Positions 1 to 8,704 of a DNA stretch of 39,957 nt are shown one piece after another (position 1 is the stretch's first letter; each line of letters begins with the position of its first letter). Below the pieces are notes generated by a model that worked only from the letters and a program-made list of their open reading frames with translations, was not told where the DNA came from and made no database searches. The stretch comes from an uncultured Methanosarcinales archaeon (lineage in GTDB: Archaea > Nanobdellota > Nanobdellia > Woesearchaeales > CAZPJY01), in the NCBI GenBank assembly GCA_964587045.1, contig CAZPJY010000017.1:1-39957 (forward strand), read 5' to 3'. Made by a program: the position numbers and the translations under genes.

Positions 1-104
1 CCTGGGAGCGCCCAACTTCCAGAACCATGGGATCCTATTCTTTTTCCCAGAAGGACTTTTCCGTTTTTCTCCAGGATAACACTTATTCCTATTCTCGGTG
101 CCAT
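1..104 (-). CDS. NUDIX hydrolase, N-terminal part (truncated by the window edge)
   Basis: Not in the ORF track. Manual translation from ATG 104 gives MAPRIGISVILEKNGKVLLGKRIGSHGSGSWALPG, the typical VLLxKR...G.W.LPG lead-in to a Nudix box. Confidence 0.85.
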   Translation of the reverse strand, partial: MAPRIGISVILEKNGKVLLGKRIGSHGSGSWALP

Positions 105-277
105 ATATTAGGGACATGAAGCAGTGTATTATATTTTTTTTCATTTCCTCTCCAATACAACCATATGGAATAACTTAAGAACACCCTTCCTCCCCACAAC
201 CCTTAATCAAAAAAATCCTAAGGACAAACCATGGACATACCAAAACCCTCTTATACTCCCCCCACTTCCCAAGCAGA

Positions 278-1036
278 ATGATACTCCGCTCCAAGCAAGT
301 CCTCGAAGGCGCCGGCGTCAAACTGAACAGGGTCTTCGCCAACCATCCCGACCTCGATCCCTTCCTTCTCCTGGACCATTTCAAGTCGAAAAACCCAGAC
401 GACTACATGAAAGGCTTCCCCTGGCACCCCCATAGAGGCATCGAGACCGTGACCTACATGATATCAGGAGAGATAGACCACGAGGACTCCACCGGCTCCA
501 AAGGCAGGATCAAGGAGGGCCAGGTGCAGTGGATGACCGCTGGCTCAGGCATCTTCCACCAGGAGATGCCGAAAGAAAAAGAAGGCACGTTCGAGGGCTT
601 CCAGCTCTGGATCAACCTCAAGGACAAGATGGCGCCCCCCAAGTACCGCGGCATAGACGCCCTCCCTGAGATAAAGGAGAAGAACAACGTCATCAGGGTC
701 CTCTCAGGCAATTACAAGGGGACGCAAGGCCCGGTCAAGGACCGCGACATAACCTACTTCGACGTCGAGGTCCACGGCGCCTTTGCCACAAGCATAAGCA
801 GGGGATTCGCCTACGTCTTCGAAGGCAGGGGAACCATCGGAGGGGAGCCTGTCAAGGAAGGCGAGCTATTAACATTGGAGAACAAGGTCAGGGCAGAAGG
901 CGACTTCCGATTTCTATTGATTGCCGGAGAGCCTCTGAACATACCTGTGGCCTGGTACGGGCCCATCGTCATGACCACTCAAAAAGAGCTCCAAGAAGCG
1001 ATGGACGACCTCAAGAAGGGCACGTTTGTCAAATAG
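278..1036 (+). CDS. Pirin family (bicupin) protein
   Basis: DPFLLLDHF, GFPWHPHRGIETVTY, HEDSTG, QWMTAGSGIFHQEMP and GPIVMTT pirin motifs. Confidence 0.95.
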   Translation: MILRSKQVLEGAGVKLNRVFANHPDLDPFLLLDHFKSKNPDDYMKGFPWHPHRGIETVTYMISGEIDHEDSTGSKGRIKEGQVQWMTAGSGIFHQEMPKEKEGTFEGFQLWINLKDKMAPPKYRGIDALPEIKEKNNVIRVLSGNYKGTQGPVKDRDITYFDVEVHGAFATSISRGFAYVFEGRGTIGGEPVKEGELLTLENKVRAEGDFRFLLIAGEPLNIPVAWYGPIVMTTQKELQEAMDDLKKGTFVK

Positions 1037-1067
1037 CCATAAATATTACGAATTTTCTCCAATTATA

Positions 1068-1596
1068 ATGCGTGCCTACCACTACACCAACAACGAAGCG
1101 CTCAGAGATATCTTAACAGGCCGCCAATACAGGAAAGGAATAATCCCCATCAAGCGCTTCATCCCCTTCTACTGGGGCAAGAGACTCCCAGACCGGGCCA
1201 GGGACGGCACCATCGAAGCGCTATTAGAGCCTGAGCCCGAAAGCTGGACCCAAAGCAAGGAGTTCCCCCACCTCTGGAACTCCCTCTTCTGCGACATCTG
1301 CAGGAAAAACTAGGTGATCCTCCTCAGCTTCGACCTCATGCCAAATGACCAGGCGTTCGTGGTGGAGAGAGCATACATTGAAAGGGAGCTCTGCCGCGAA
1401 TCCAAGGGTAAGGGCAGATCCAGCAGGGACACCATGAACAGGGCAGCCTGGAAGTACTGGCGCTCCGGAGTGCCGTACCAAGACAACTACAGGCTGCCGC
1501 AGTTCGCGATCTGGGGCGAGATAGACTTCAAGAAGGATAGAGTGGAAGAAACCCACAGACGAGGTCTGGCAACGGGTTTTGGACAAGGGATGGTGA
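1068..1596 (+). pseudogene. Hypothetical protein interrupted by an in-frame TAG (1311-1313) and a probable frameshift near 1535
   Basis: ORFs 1026..1313 and 1314..1601 share a frame and are separated only by TAG. The +1 frame from 1537 reads IEWKKPTDEVWQRVLDKGW* and ends at 1596, just before the convergent gene. Confidence 0.6.
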
Positions 1597-1597
1597 C

Positions 1598-1939
1598 CTA
1601 AGCAATCAGCTTCGCCAAAGGCATCAGTATCAGTGCCTTGGAAAGCACGGGGCGGACACCCTTCCCGTTCCTGACTGTCTTGATGATCCCGACTCCCTTG
1701 AGGTAATTGACGTCCCTGTCGACCGCAGGCAGCTTCCTTCCGAGATGATCAGCGAGCTGCTTTATGGTCTCAGGGCTCGACACCTCAATCGCACCGATCA
1801 GCTCCAGCCTCTTCCTGGTCAGTATGCCGCCTATCTGGTCGGGCCAGATGATCAGGCATTCCTCGGGCAAATCTATCTCGCCTGTGATCTCAGCGTCCAG
1901 CAGCCGCTTGATTGCCGCCCACTTCTTGTCGTTCTTCAA
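1598..1939 (-). CDS. HTH antitoxin-like protein (HVO_A0114-like)
   Basis: LTRKRLELI...PETIKQLADHLGRKLPAVDRDVNYLKGVGII winged-HTH pattern; 4-nt overlap with the upstream gene. Confidence 0.75.
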   Translation of the reverse strand: MKNDKKWAAIKRLLDAEITGEIDLPEECLIIWPDQIGGILTRKRLELIGAIEVSSPETIKQLADHLGRKLPAVDRDVNYLKGVGIIKTVRNGKGVRPVLSKALILMPLAKLIA

Positions 1940-2253
1940 TTTCTTGCCTCGTACAATTTCCTGGACTTATCATGATTCCTTTTGACTTTTTCCACCAGGT
2001 CGTCGGACACGTCCTTCAGCTCCCAGCCTTCGTACTCCCGAAGGGGTATGGGCTCCTTTCCCTTCCATAACCTCTGCTCATGGACGAAGCCGTGGTGGTT
2101 GTCCGCCCTGTACACGGCGACCCATCTTCCTCTTATTCTGGCCGAGTAGTTGATGGCGAACCGGAAGAACCTGCCGCGTTCCTTGATGATGGTTATGTCC
2201 AGCCTGTTCTCGGAATCGATGACGAAAAGGATACGTTTTCTATTAACATTCAT
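1936..2253 (-). CDS. DUF6516-like putative toxin
   Basis: Small basic protein with YRADNHHGFVHEQR, resembling the DUF6516 DN-H..H motif; lies directly upstream of the HTH gene. Confidence 0.6.
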   Translation of the reverse strand: MNVNRKRILFVIDSENRLDITIIKERGRFFRFAINYSARIRGRWVAVYRADNHHGFVHEQRLWKGKEPIPLREYEGWELKDVSDDLVEKVKRNHDKSRKLYEARN

Positions 2254-2280
2254 CGTTAATATTAATATCTTTCGTTAATA
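2243..2280. promoter_or_regulatory. Putative autoregulatory operator/promoter of the TA pair
   Basis: TTAAC-N7-GTTAA inverted repeat over the start codon, followed by a similar TTAAT-N7-GTTAA copy in an AT-rich stretch. Confidence 0.4.
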
Positions 2281-2334
2281 TTTATGAATTGCTGGAGAAT
2301 GGCCGGACCGCTTCCGAACTTATCATCATGACCA

Positions 2335-2374
2335 CCTGCAGAAAGGCACGTCCGTGCGAAAAGCATAAATACCA
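2335..2374 (+). repeat. About 40-bp direct repeat, left copy (contains a BRE/TATA-like promoter)
   Basis: CCTGCAGAAAGGCACGTCCGTGCGAAAAGCATAAATACCA matches 3356-3396 with one mismatch and one indel. Confidence 0.9.
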
Positions 2375-2386
2375 ATTGTATCATTT

Positions 2387-2974
2387 ATGTTACATATGCA
2401 ACAAATCTCATACAGAATCCTTTCTGAACTGAGCAGCCATGACGCCCACATCCGTCAGCTGGCCAAGAGCCTCAAAGAGAACCAGATGACCGTCGCGAGG
2501 AAAGTCAAGGAACTGAGGGGACAAAACATCATCGACTACCGAGAGGAGGGCAGGAACAAGGTATGCTTCGTGAAACCCACGCTCGAGGCAGGGATAGCCA
2601 TAAGAATGATGGAGCACTGGCGCCTGTTCGAAGCCGTCAAGGACGCGAAGATACGGCACATCGCACAAGGGATCAGGGACGACCCGAGAATCGGACTCGC
2701 CATCCTCTTCGGCTCCTACGCCAAAGGGTACCAGACAGCGAGGAGCGACATCGACGTCTACATCGAGACCGAGGACAGGAAGCTCAAGGAAGAAATCGAG
2801 CTTATCAGCTCAAAGCTGAGCGTCAAGACAGGGCCGTTCGACACATCCAGCCTCCTCATCAGGGAGATCATCAGAGGCCATGTGATACTCAAAGGGGTCG
2901 ACCGCTACCATGAACTCATTCATCGCCAGGCTGCTCCAGGAGGGAAGAATCCGGCTCCTGCAGCCGAACCTTGA
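2387..2974 (+). CDS. HTH + minimal nucleotidyltransferase (MNT) antitoxin
   Basis: N-terminal HTH (HIRQLAKSLKENQMTVARKVKEL) and LFGSYAKG...SDIDVYI MNT motif; near-palindrome TGTTACATATGCAACA over the start. Confidence 0.9.
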   Translation: MLHMQQISYRILSELSSHDAHIRQLAKSLKENQMTVARKVKELRGQNIIDYREEGRNKVCFVKPTLEAGIAIRMMEHWRLFEAVKDAKIRHIAQGIRDDPRIGLAILFGSYAKGYQTARSDIDVYIETEDRKLKEEIELISSKLSVKTGPFDTSSLLIREIIRGHVILKGVDRYHELIHRQAAPGGKNPAPAAEP

Positions 2975-3389
2975 CCAGTCCCGCGGGTACCTCGAGAAAT
3001 CCTACACCTCCCTCCTTTCCGCAAAAGCGCTCCACAGGATACGCCATTTCGACGACGCCACGACACTGACCTACTATTCGATGTACAACGCAGCCCTCGC
3101 AATCCTCTTCAAGTGCGGCATCAAGTCGGAGAACCACGTCGGGACCGTCATGCTCCTGCGGGAACTTTTCGGGATCCGTGTCAAAAGCATCGAGGACGCG
3201 AGGAAGGAACGCATCGAGAAGCAGTACTACATCGACAGGGGAGCGACGGAACTCGAATGCATGGAAGGGCTCAGGGCCGCGGAGAGCTTCAACGAACTGG
3301 TGAGGATACGGGCAGAGCGCCTCACGGAAGAGGACATAAGGATGGCGAGGGAAGCCCTGCAGAACGGCACGTCCGTGCGAAAAGCATAA
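2910..3389 (+). CDS. HEPN domain protein (partner of the MNT)
   Basis: YYSMYNAALAILFKCGIKSENH and RIEKQYY HEPN-type motifs; overlaps the 3' end of the MNT gene. Confidence 0.85.
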   Translation: MNSFIARLLQEGRIRLLQPNLDQSRGYLEKSYTSLLSAKALHRIRHFDDATTLTYYSMYNAALAILFKCGIKSENHVGTVMLLRELFGIRVKSIEDARKERIEKQYYIDRGATELECMEGLRAAESFNELVRIRAERLTEEDIRMAREALQNGTSVRKA

Positions 3390-3396
3390 AATACCA
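3356..3396 (+). repeat. About 40-bp direct repeat, right copy (supplies the HEPN stop codon)
   Basis: CCTGCAGAACGGCACGTCCGTGCGAAAAGCATAAAATACCA. Confidence 0.9.
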
Positions 3397-3575
3397 TCCT
3401 TACCCAAACCGATGCCCGACCTGACGTCCGCCTCTACCCCAAGATGAGGCGTGCGATACAAGACGTCCTCAGAGCCATGCCAAAAGGGGACCGAGAGATC
3501 GCAACGGAAGGCGACAAGCTAGGGACGCAGACCGCTGCGCCGCCAAGCGGGGCTTCCCGAGGAGTGGAGCGGACG

Positions 3576-4520
3576 CTATAAAAAGACGCCCTCAGGCAGC
3601 TCCTCCTTGTAGACCTTCTCGATCATGTACATCTCCCGGAAACCCACAGGCAGGCTCTTTAGCTCCTGCACGACGCTCTTGAGCTCCTCCTTCTTCCTGA
3701 TCGCCACCCCGACGTCGATGTCCCATCCGCTGTTGCCGAAATAGTGGTAGAAATAGAAGACGTTCGGGCAGCTCCGCAGGAAACTCAAGACCTTGCCCTG
3801 CTCCGCTGACCTGCCGACCTTGAGCTGGATGTTGTACAGGTCGAAGCCGAGAGATTCGAAGTCGATGAACACGGTCGAGCCCATCAGCACCCCTCTCTCC
3901 TCAAGCGCCCGTATCCGGTAGCCGACGGCGTTCGCCTTCAGGCCCACCTTCGAGGCGATGGAGACGAGGCTTTCCCTTGCGTTCCTGTTCAGCATCCTGA
4001 GTATCATCTTGTCCGTCGCGTCAACCTTCGCGGTTGCGCTCCCTTCAGAAGCCCTCGCAAGGCTTTTCTGCCCGAGCAGCTTCCCGTAGAAGAATCCCTG
4101 CTCGATGGGCAGGTTCAGGAAGAATATCTCATACAGCATGTCGCCGAGGAACGATTCGATCTCGAGCAGGGTCCTGTGCAGCTGGTCGCTGTCCCTGTAG
4201 AAGATGTCGAAGATGACGTCGTACCTGCCGATGTTGGTCGATATGGCCGCGACTGAGCGGTGATTTTCCAAGAACCTGATGAAGCCTTCCTCAGAATCCT
4301 TCAGGCAGTTCTGCAACGTGACGTAGCAGCCGGTCCGCTGGAAGCCCAGCGCCTTGATGCTGATCTGCGATGAATACTGTTTGATGACGTCCTTCTCAAG
4401 CTTCCTGAGCCGGTATGCCAGCACCTCCCTTGAGACCTTGACTCTTTTCGCAAGCTGCGAGAGCGGGATGCGGGAGTCGTACAGCAGCTCGGAGAGGATC
4501 CGCCTGTCCTTGCTATCCAT
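3576..4520 (-). CDS. Tandem-duplicated Lrp/AsnC transcriptional regulator
   Basis: Two HTH-RAM units: DSKDRRILSELLYDSRIPLSQLAK and DATDKMILRMLNRNARESLVSIAS. Confidence 0.9.
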   Translation of the reverse strand: MDSKDRRILSELLYDSRIPLSQLAKRVKVSREVLAYRLRKLEKDVIKQYSSQISIKALGFQRTGCYVTLQNCLKDSEEGFIRFLENHRSVAAISTNIGRYDVIFDIFYRDSDQLHRTLLEIESFLGDMLYEIFFLNLPIEQGFFYGKLLGQKSLARASEGSATAKVDATDKMILRMLNRNARESLVSIASKVGLKANAVGYRIRALEERGVLMGSTVFIDFESLGFDLYNIQLKVGRSAEQGKVLSFLRSCPNVFYFYHYFGNSGWDIDVGVAIRKKEELKSVVQELKSLPVGFREMYMIEKVYKEELPEGVFL

Positions 4521-4663
4521 TCTGATAATAAATCAATATTTATATAATAATTTTGTGGTTATGTAAAAATTTTTCTGAATAATATTATAACATTCCTAAT
4601 TGTTCCTTTACCATGCTTTATCAGATAAACGCTCTGAAACCCCGGAGCTCTAAGGTGACACCA

Positions 4664-5149
4664 ATGGCCTTATGCGGGATGAACGACAAGATGCTTGAAG
4701 GGAACAAAGAGTTTCAGGAAGGGCTGGTAAGGAAGGTGATGGACATGCCATTGTGCGGGTTTAACGAGAAGATGATCAAAGGAACCAAGAAGTTCAACGA
4801 AGGCCTGGTCGAGCACGGCCTGGTGTACAGGGGAAAGAAGAACGGCGAGACCATAGACCAGAGCATAAAAAGGGAGATTTCAGACATGGCCAGGCTTCGC
4901 CCGGAGCTGTACAAGATATCCGACACGCCGAAAAGGATGCTGACCGGAGGCATCCTCACCTACGCCATGGGCTTCTACCTGGTCATGAGGCAAAAAGGTC
5001 TTGCCGAAAACCCTGAGAAGTACAAGAGGTTCATAAGCGACGTCAACAATTACTTCGAGAAGATGGACGAGAAGTACTACGGCGAGCTCGAGGGCAAGGC
5101 AGATGACATGCGGCTGCTCGCAGAGTTCCTGGACAAGCTCCAGATCTGA
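4664..5149 (+). CDS. Hypothetical protein with a duplicated N-terminal LCGxNxKM repeat
   Basis: ATG 4664 is preceded by an AAGGTGA SD; codon usage matches the host; divergent from the Lrp gene. Confidence 0.75.
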   Translation: MALCGMNDKMLEGNKEFQEGLVRKVMDMPLCGFNEKMIKGTKKFNEGLVEHGLVYRGKKNGETIDQSIKREISDMARLRPELYKISDTPKRMLTGGILTYAMGFYLVMRQKGLAENPEKYKRFISDVNNYFEKMDEKYYGELEGKADDMRLLAEFLDKLQI

Positions 5150-5524
5150 CTAGAGAAAATCCCGATACCCCTCTAGTTTTCTGTAGCTGTAAAGGGTCTC
5201 CTCCTTCATGCCGCGGATGCCGTCCAGGCTGTAGTGCATGCCCCCGAGCCTCATGAGCACGCCCGGCAGCTCGAGCGCAGTCGCCAGCATCTCTAGCCCG
5301 GCGTTCTTGGAGTACCGCCTGACCTTCTCCTTCAGCGGGAGCGCGGCCAGCTCCTCCTCGTGCCTGAGCCTGATCAGCTGGTGGGCGAGGTCGCACCTGT
5401 ACTCCCTCTTCCCGTTCTCGGTCCTGACGGTGATCGGGTAGGCGTAGCTTTCGCCTTCGAACTCGAAGGTCTCTTGGCCCATCACGTTCTTGTAGTATTC
5501 TTTCGCAGATGCATAGCTCATCAT
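5150..5524 (-). CDS. Hypothetical protein
   Basis: AGGTGA SD and TATA upstream; host-like codon usage; divergent from the second Lrp gene. Confidence 0.7.
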   Translation of the reverse strand: MMSYASAKEYYKNVMGQETFEFEGESYAYPITVRTENGKREYRCDLAHQLIRLRHEEELAALPLKEKVRRYSKNAGLEMLATALELPGVLMRLGGMHYSLDGIRGMKEETLYSYRKLEGYRDFL

Positions 5525-5627
5525 TCATCACCTACAAGTGGCTAATATTTAGGAATATATAAAAATATCCAATAAAATTTTTAACTTTCACGAAAATTTT
5601 ATTAATAAAAAAGGATTTATTAACGAA

Positions 5628-6572
5628 ATGGACCGAAAAGACCGCAGGATTCTCTACGCCCTGGACGGAGACTCGAGGGCATCCTTCAAGCGGATCGGCA
5701 AGGAGACCAAGCTCAAGCCCGAGAGCGTGAGGTACCGCGTACAGAAAAACAGGTACGTAAGATACTTCCTGACGGTGATCGACGGCGCCAGGCTGGGCTA
5801 TTCCTACTACGACATCTACATCAAGCTGCAGAACGTCGACAGCGAAAAGAAGCAGCAGCTCATCTCCTACTACCGGGAAAGCCCGCACGTCACCTGGATA
5901 GCTGACCTCGAGGGGCCGTACGACCTGGCCATGATAGTCATGGTGAGGAACCAGCTCGAGCTGCAGAGCTTCATGGAGGACCTATCCGAACGCTTCAGCC
6001 CGTACATCCTGAAGAAGACGGTGGCCATCAACCTCCACGCCGAGTTCTACAGGCGCGACTACCTGGTCGGAAAGCAGAGGGAGCAGGCACCCAGGCAGCT
6101 GGACTACAGGCCGACAGCTGAGGTGGTAGAGCTGGATGAGGTAGACGGAAAGATCTGCCGCTCCCTGGCAGACAGCAGGACGACGTCGGTGGAGATCGGC
6201 AAGGCTGCCGGCGTCTCTGCAGACACTGTCACGCTCAGGATGAAGAGGCTCAAGCAGCTCGGCGTGATAAAGGGATTCACGATAATACTCGACAACGCGG
6301 CCGCAGGCCAGCTGCACTACAAGCTGAACCTCTACCTGGTGGGCCCAAACGAGAGGGTAAGAGCCCTGCTCGCTCACGTGCGCACGGACAGCCGCGTGAT
6401 AGCGGCGGTCCAGACCCTGGCGGGATGGGACTACGAGGTCGACCTCGAGGTGGAATCAGTCCAGCAGCTGAAAGATTTCACCATGAGCCTCACAAATGCC
6501 TTCTCGGATGTGATCAGGGACTACGACACGTTGAGGGTAGTAGACATGCCCAAGTACAACTTCTTCCCCTAG
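5628..6572 (+). CDS. Tandem-duplicated Lrp/AsnC transcriptional regulator
   Basis: DRKDRRILYALDGDSRASFKRIGK and DEVDGKICRSLADSRTTSVEIGK HTH units, each followed by a RAM-like domain. Confidence 0.9.
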   Translation: MDRKDRRILYALDGDSRASFKRIGKETKLKPESVRYRVQKNRYVRYFLTVIDGARLGYSYYDIYIKLQNVDSEKKQQLISYYRESPHVTWIADLEGPYDLAMIVMVRNQLELQSFMEDLSERFSPYILKKTVAINLHAEFYRRDYLVGKQREQAPRQLDYRPTAEVVELDEVDGKICRSLADSRTTSVEIGKAAGVSADTVTLRMKRLKQLGVIKGFTIILDNAAAGQLHYKLNLYLVGPNERVRALLAHVRTDSRVIAAVQTLAGWDYEVDLEVESVQQLKDFTMSLTNAFSDVIRDYDTLRVVDMPKYNFFP

Positions 6573-7084
6573 ATGTTGTACCTGTCCCAGTAGAGCTCGA
6601 CTTTCAGCTTCAGGTCGTCCATCAGCGCTTCTGGCACGGTTATGTCCCAGTCGGGGATGTAGCACTTGCCGTTCCTGTACTCGAACCTCTGCGCAGGCAC
6701 CGACGACCTGACCCCCTTGTAGAACAAAAACACGCCATCCTCGCCGAAGTATTCGCCCGGGGTGCGGATCTTCTTCGTCTCGAAAGTGAAGTCGCTGACA
6801 TGCACCTCTTCGAGCAGGCCGTATTTGCGCCAGCGTATCTTCGGCTGCTCAGGCGGCGCTCGCCTGAGGTTGCGCTTGATGCGCTTGGTTATCCTTTCAG
6901 GCACGGGAGGTGTGTCCAGGTCGCATCCCATGAAGACGTGGTAGCTGTGCCCTTCGATCTCCCTCATCTGCTCGTCGATGATCTGCCACTTTTCCTTCTG
7001 GCTTACCTTCTTCGCGAGGCTTTCCTGCTCCTTCCTTCTTTCTTGCTCTTCCTTGCTCTCTTTGATATGGTCAAGCAGTGACAT
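6569..7084 (-). CDS. Hypothetical protein (charged N-terminal helix)
   Basis: 171-aa ORF with a TTAAATA TATA box just upstream; CTAG stop overlap with the convergent gene. Confidence 0.7.
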   Translation of the reverse strand: MSLLDHIKESKEEQERRKEQESLAKKVSQKEKWQIIDEQMREIEGHSYHVFMGCDLDTPPVPERITKRIKRNLRRAPPEQPKIRWRKYGLLEEVHVSDFTFETKKIRTPGEYFGEDGVFLFYKGVRSSVPAQRFEYRNGKCYIPDWDITVPEALMDDLKLKVELYWDRYNI

Positions 7085-7245
7085 GGGCCTTGGGCAGAAC
7101 TGTTAATATTTAACGCTTGCGCAACTTAGTGCAGATCTTGGTCAGGATGATCGAAACGAGGCTGCATGAGGTCAGAGGGAATCCCTGCCGCTTGCCCTTG
7201 ATGTCCCAACATGAGAAAGCGGAAAGATCAGCGCATATTTGCGCC

Positions 7246-7590
7246 CTAGTTCTGCGGCGGGACGCGGTAGATGTGCGCGAGGTCAAGTATCATCTGTCGC
7301 GCGCCGTCATCCAGCTCGATTGTCAGGTCGTCCTCGAGGCTGAAGGCAGCGGGCTTCTCCTCGAAGCCCATGGGCGCGGACCCTTCTGCCCTGCAGCCGG
7401 CGTTTGAGTCCGCTGTCACGAGCAGTGTGCCCCGCTCGCCCTCGAAGTAGAGCTGCATGAAAGGGCTCTGCACAATGTAACGCATCTCCTTTAGCGAGTA
7501 TTCGGAGTCGCGGTACCGCACCGCAAGCCTCGGCCGCCTCGCCTGGCTGCAGTCAGGGTAGTTTTCCGAGATTATCTTCATGAGCCCCAT
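7246..7590 (-). CDS. Hypothetical protein
   Basis: 114-aa ORF with a TATA-like TTAAATA element upstream. Confidence 0.55.
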   Translation of the reverse strand: MGLMKIISENYPDCSQARRPRLAVRYRDSEYSLKEMRYIVQSPFMQLYFEGERGTLLVTADSNAGCRAEGSAPMGFEEKPAAFSLEDDLTIELDDGARQMILDLAHIYRVPPQN

Positions 7591-7658
7591 GGACCACTCC
7601 CACGAAAGCTAATATTTAAGGCTAACCTTTAAGAATAAGGGCTTTCTCCCCGCCAGCC

Positions 7659-8135
7659 ATGGCAATCACCTTGGAAGAGATGTCGGACGTCCTCAAGAAG
7701 CACGACGTCTTCGAGGAGATCAACTACTACCGCTGGCGTCACGAATTCCCCCCGAGCTATTCCAAATCGGGCCGACAGCCCAAGCTTTTCTTCGCAGGGA
7801 AATTCCTGTACGTGTACTTCAAGGCGAATTACCAAGAAAAGGTGTGCTCAGAAATCAAGGTGGAGAGCGTCAGCTCCCACCCGGACTGCGATGCTCTCCC
7901 GCTGTACGAGCATGTCGGCCGTCGCATAGCGGAGCAGCGCGGAATGAGGTTCGTGATTGAAAACGACATCTGGAGGTTCCAGTCACTGGTCAAGTATGAC
8001 GGCGAGAAGGGCGAGCTCGAAGACGCCTGCAGGAACGTCAAGGAGGCGCAGCTCTACCTCAACGGCATCGTCGACAACTTCATCAGGGAGCGCGTCGACG
8101 CGGTACTGGACATGTACGGGAAGAAGGAGGACTAG
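7659..8135 (+). CDS. Hypothetical protein
   Basis: 158-aa ORF with host-like codon usage and a leaderless-type promoter; CTAG overlap with the convergent toxin gene. Confidence 0.7.
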   Translation: MAITLEEMSDVLKKHDVFEEINYYRWRHEFPPSYSKSGRQPKLFFAGKFLYVYFKANYQEKVCSEIKVESVSSHPDCDALPLYEHVGRRIAEQRGMRFVIENDIWRFQSLVKYDGEKGELEDACRNVKEAQLYLNGIVDNFIRERVDAVLDMYGKKED

Positions 8136-8437
8136 GGCGGTATCCGCTTGGCCAGTTCCTCCCTCACCATTTTCCTCTTCTTGTCGCTCAAAGGAAAGAG
8201 TCGCTTCTTCACGAGAATCTCAGATATTGTGAAAATGTAGTTGAGCTTGATCACCGAGTCCTTTACCGCGCCTTCCCTCCTGAGGAGGGGCACCCCTTCC
8301 ATCCGCCGATTGCTCGTGATGCCGGCCACGACTATGTTGCCCAGTTCAGCAAAAAGCACGAGCGCAGGCCTGGTTTTCACCTCGAATGTGTCGGGGAACT
8401 GCAGCCTTGCGAGGATTACGTCGCCTGCTCTAAGCAT
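8132..8437 (-). CDS. PemK/MazF family toxin (endoribonuclease)
   Basis: GDVILARLQFPDTFEVKTRPALVL...VAGITS...DSVIKLNYIFTI; start taken at ATG 8437. Confidence 0.9.
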   Translation of the reverse strand: MLRAGDVILARLQFPDTFEVKTRPALVLFAELGNIVVAGITSNRRMEGVPLLRREGAVKDSVIKLNYIFTISEILVKKRLFPLSDKKRKMVREELAKRIPP

Positions 8438-8645
8438 CCTCCCATGCCTCGTCATCCTCGTTGTCCCAGAGCTCCTTCATCTTGGCCTGCTGCACAGTGT
8501 GCAGGAAACGGTCGTACTGGCTCTGCGAGTTCTTGAACACTTTAATCATCTTGGCGACCAGCTCATTATATGTCTGCCTGGGATATTCCCGGATTCTTTT
8601 CAGCTCTTCCACGGTCTTGCTGTCCAGCTGTATGGTGGTGTTCAT
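8430..8645 (-). CDS. Cognate antitoxin (RHH-like N-terminus, ELWDNEDDEAW C-terminus)
   Basis: TTIQLDSKTVEELKRIREYPRQTYNELV; overlaps the toxin start; CTATAG palindromes upstream. Confidence 0.8.
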   Translation of the reverse strand: MNTTIQLDSKTVEELKRIREYPRQTYNELVAKMIKVFKNSQSQYDRFLHTVQQAKMKELWDNEDDEAWEDA

Positions 8646-8704
8646 TATATTCCGACTATAGTGTGCTATAGTATAAGAAAGTTACGTTTGCATACCGGAG
8701 CGGT

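Noticed and set aside
3412..3580. Short frames after the right repeat copy (MPDLTSASTPR*; MRRAIQDVLRAMPK...)
   Set aside because: No recognisable motif; possibly a remnant but not supportable as a gene.
7085..7245. Possible small ORF or RNA in the intergenic gap
   Set aside because: No convincing start, motif or stable structure.
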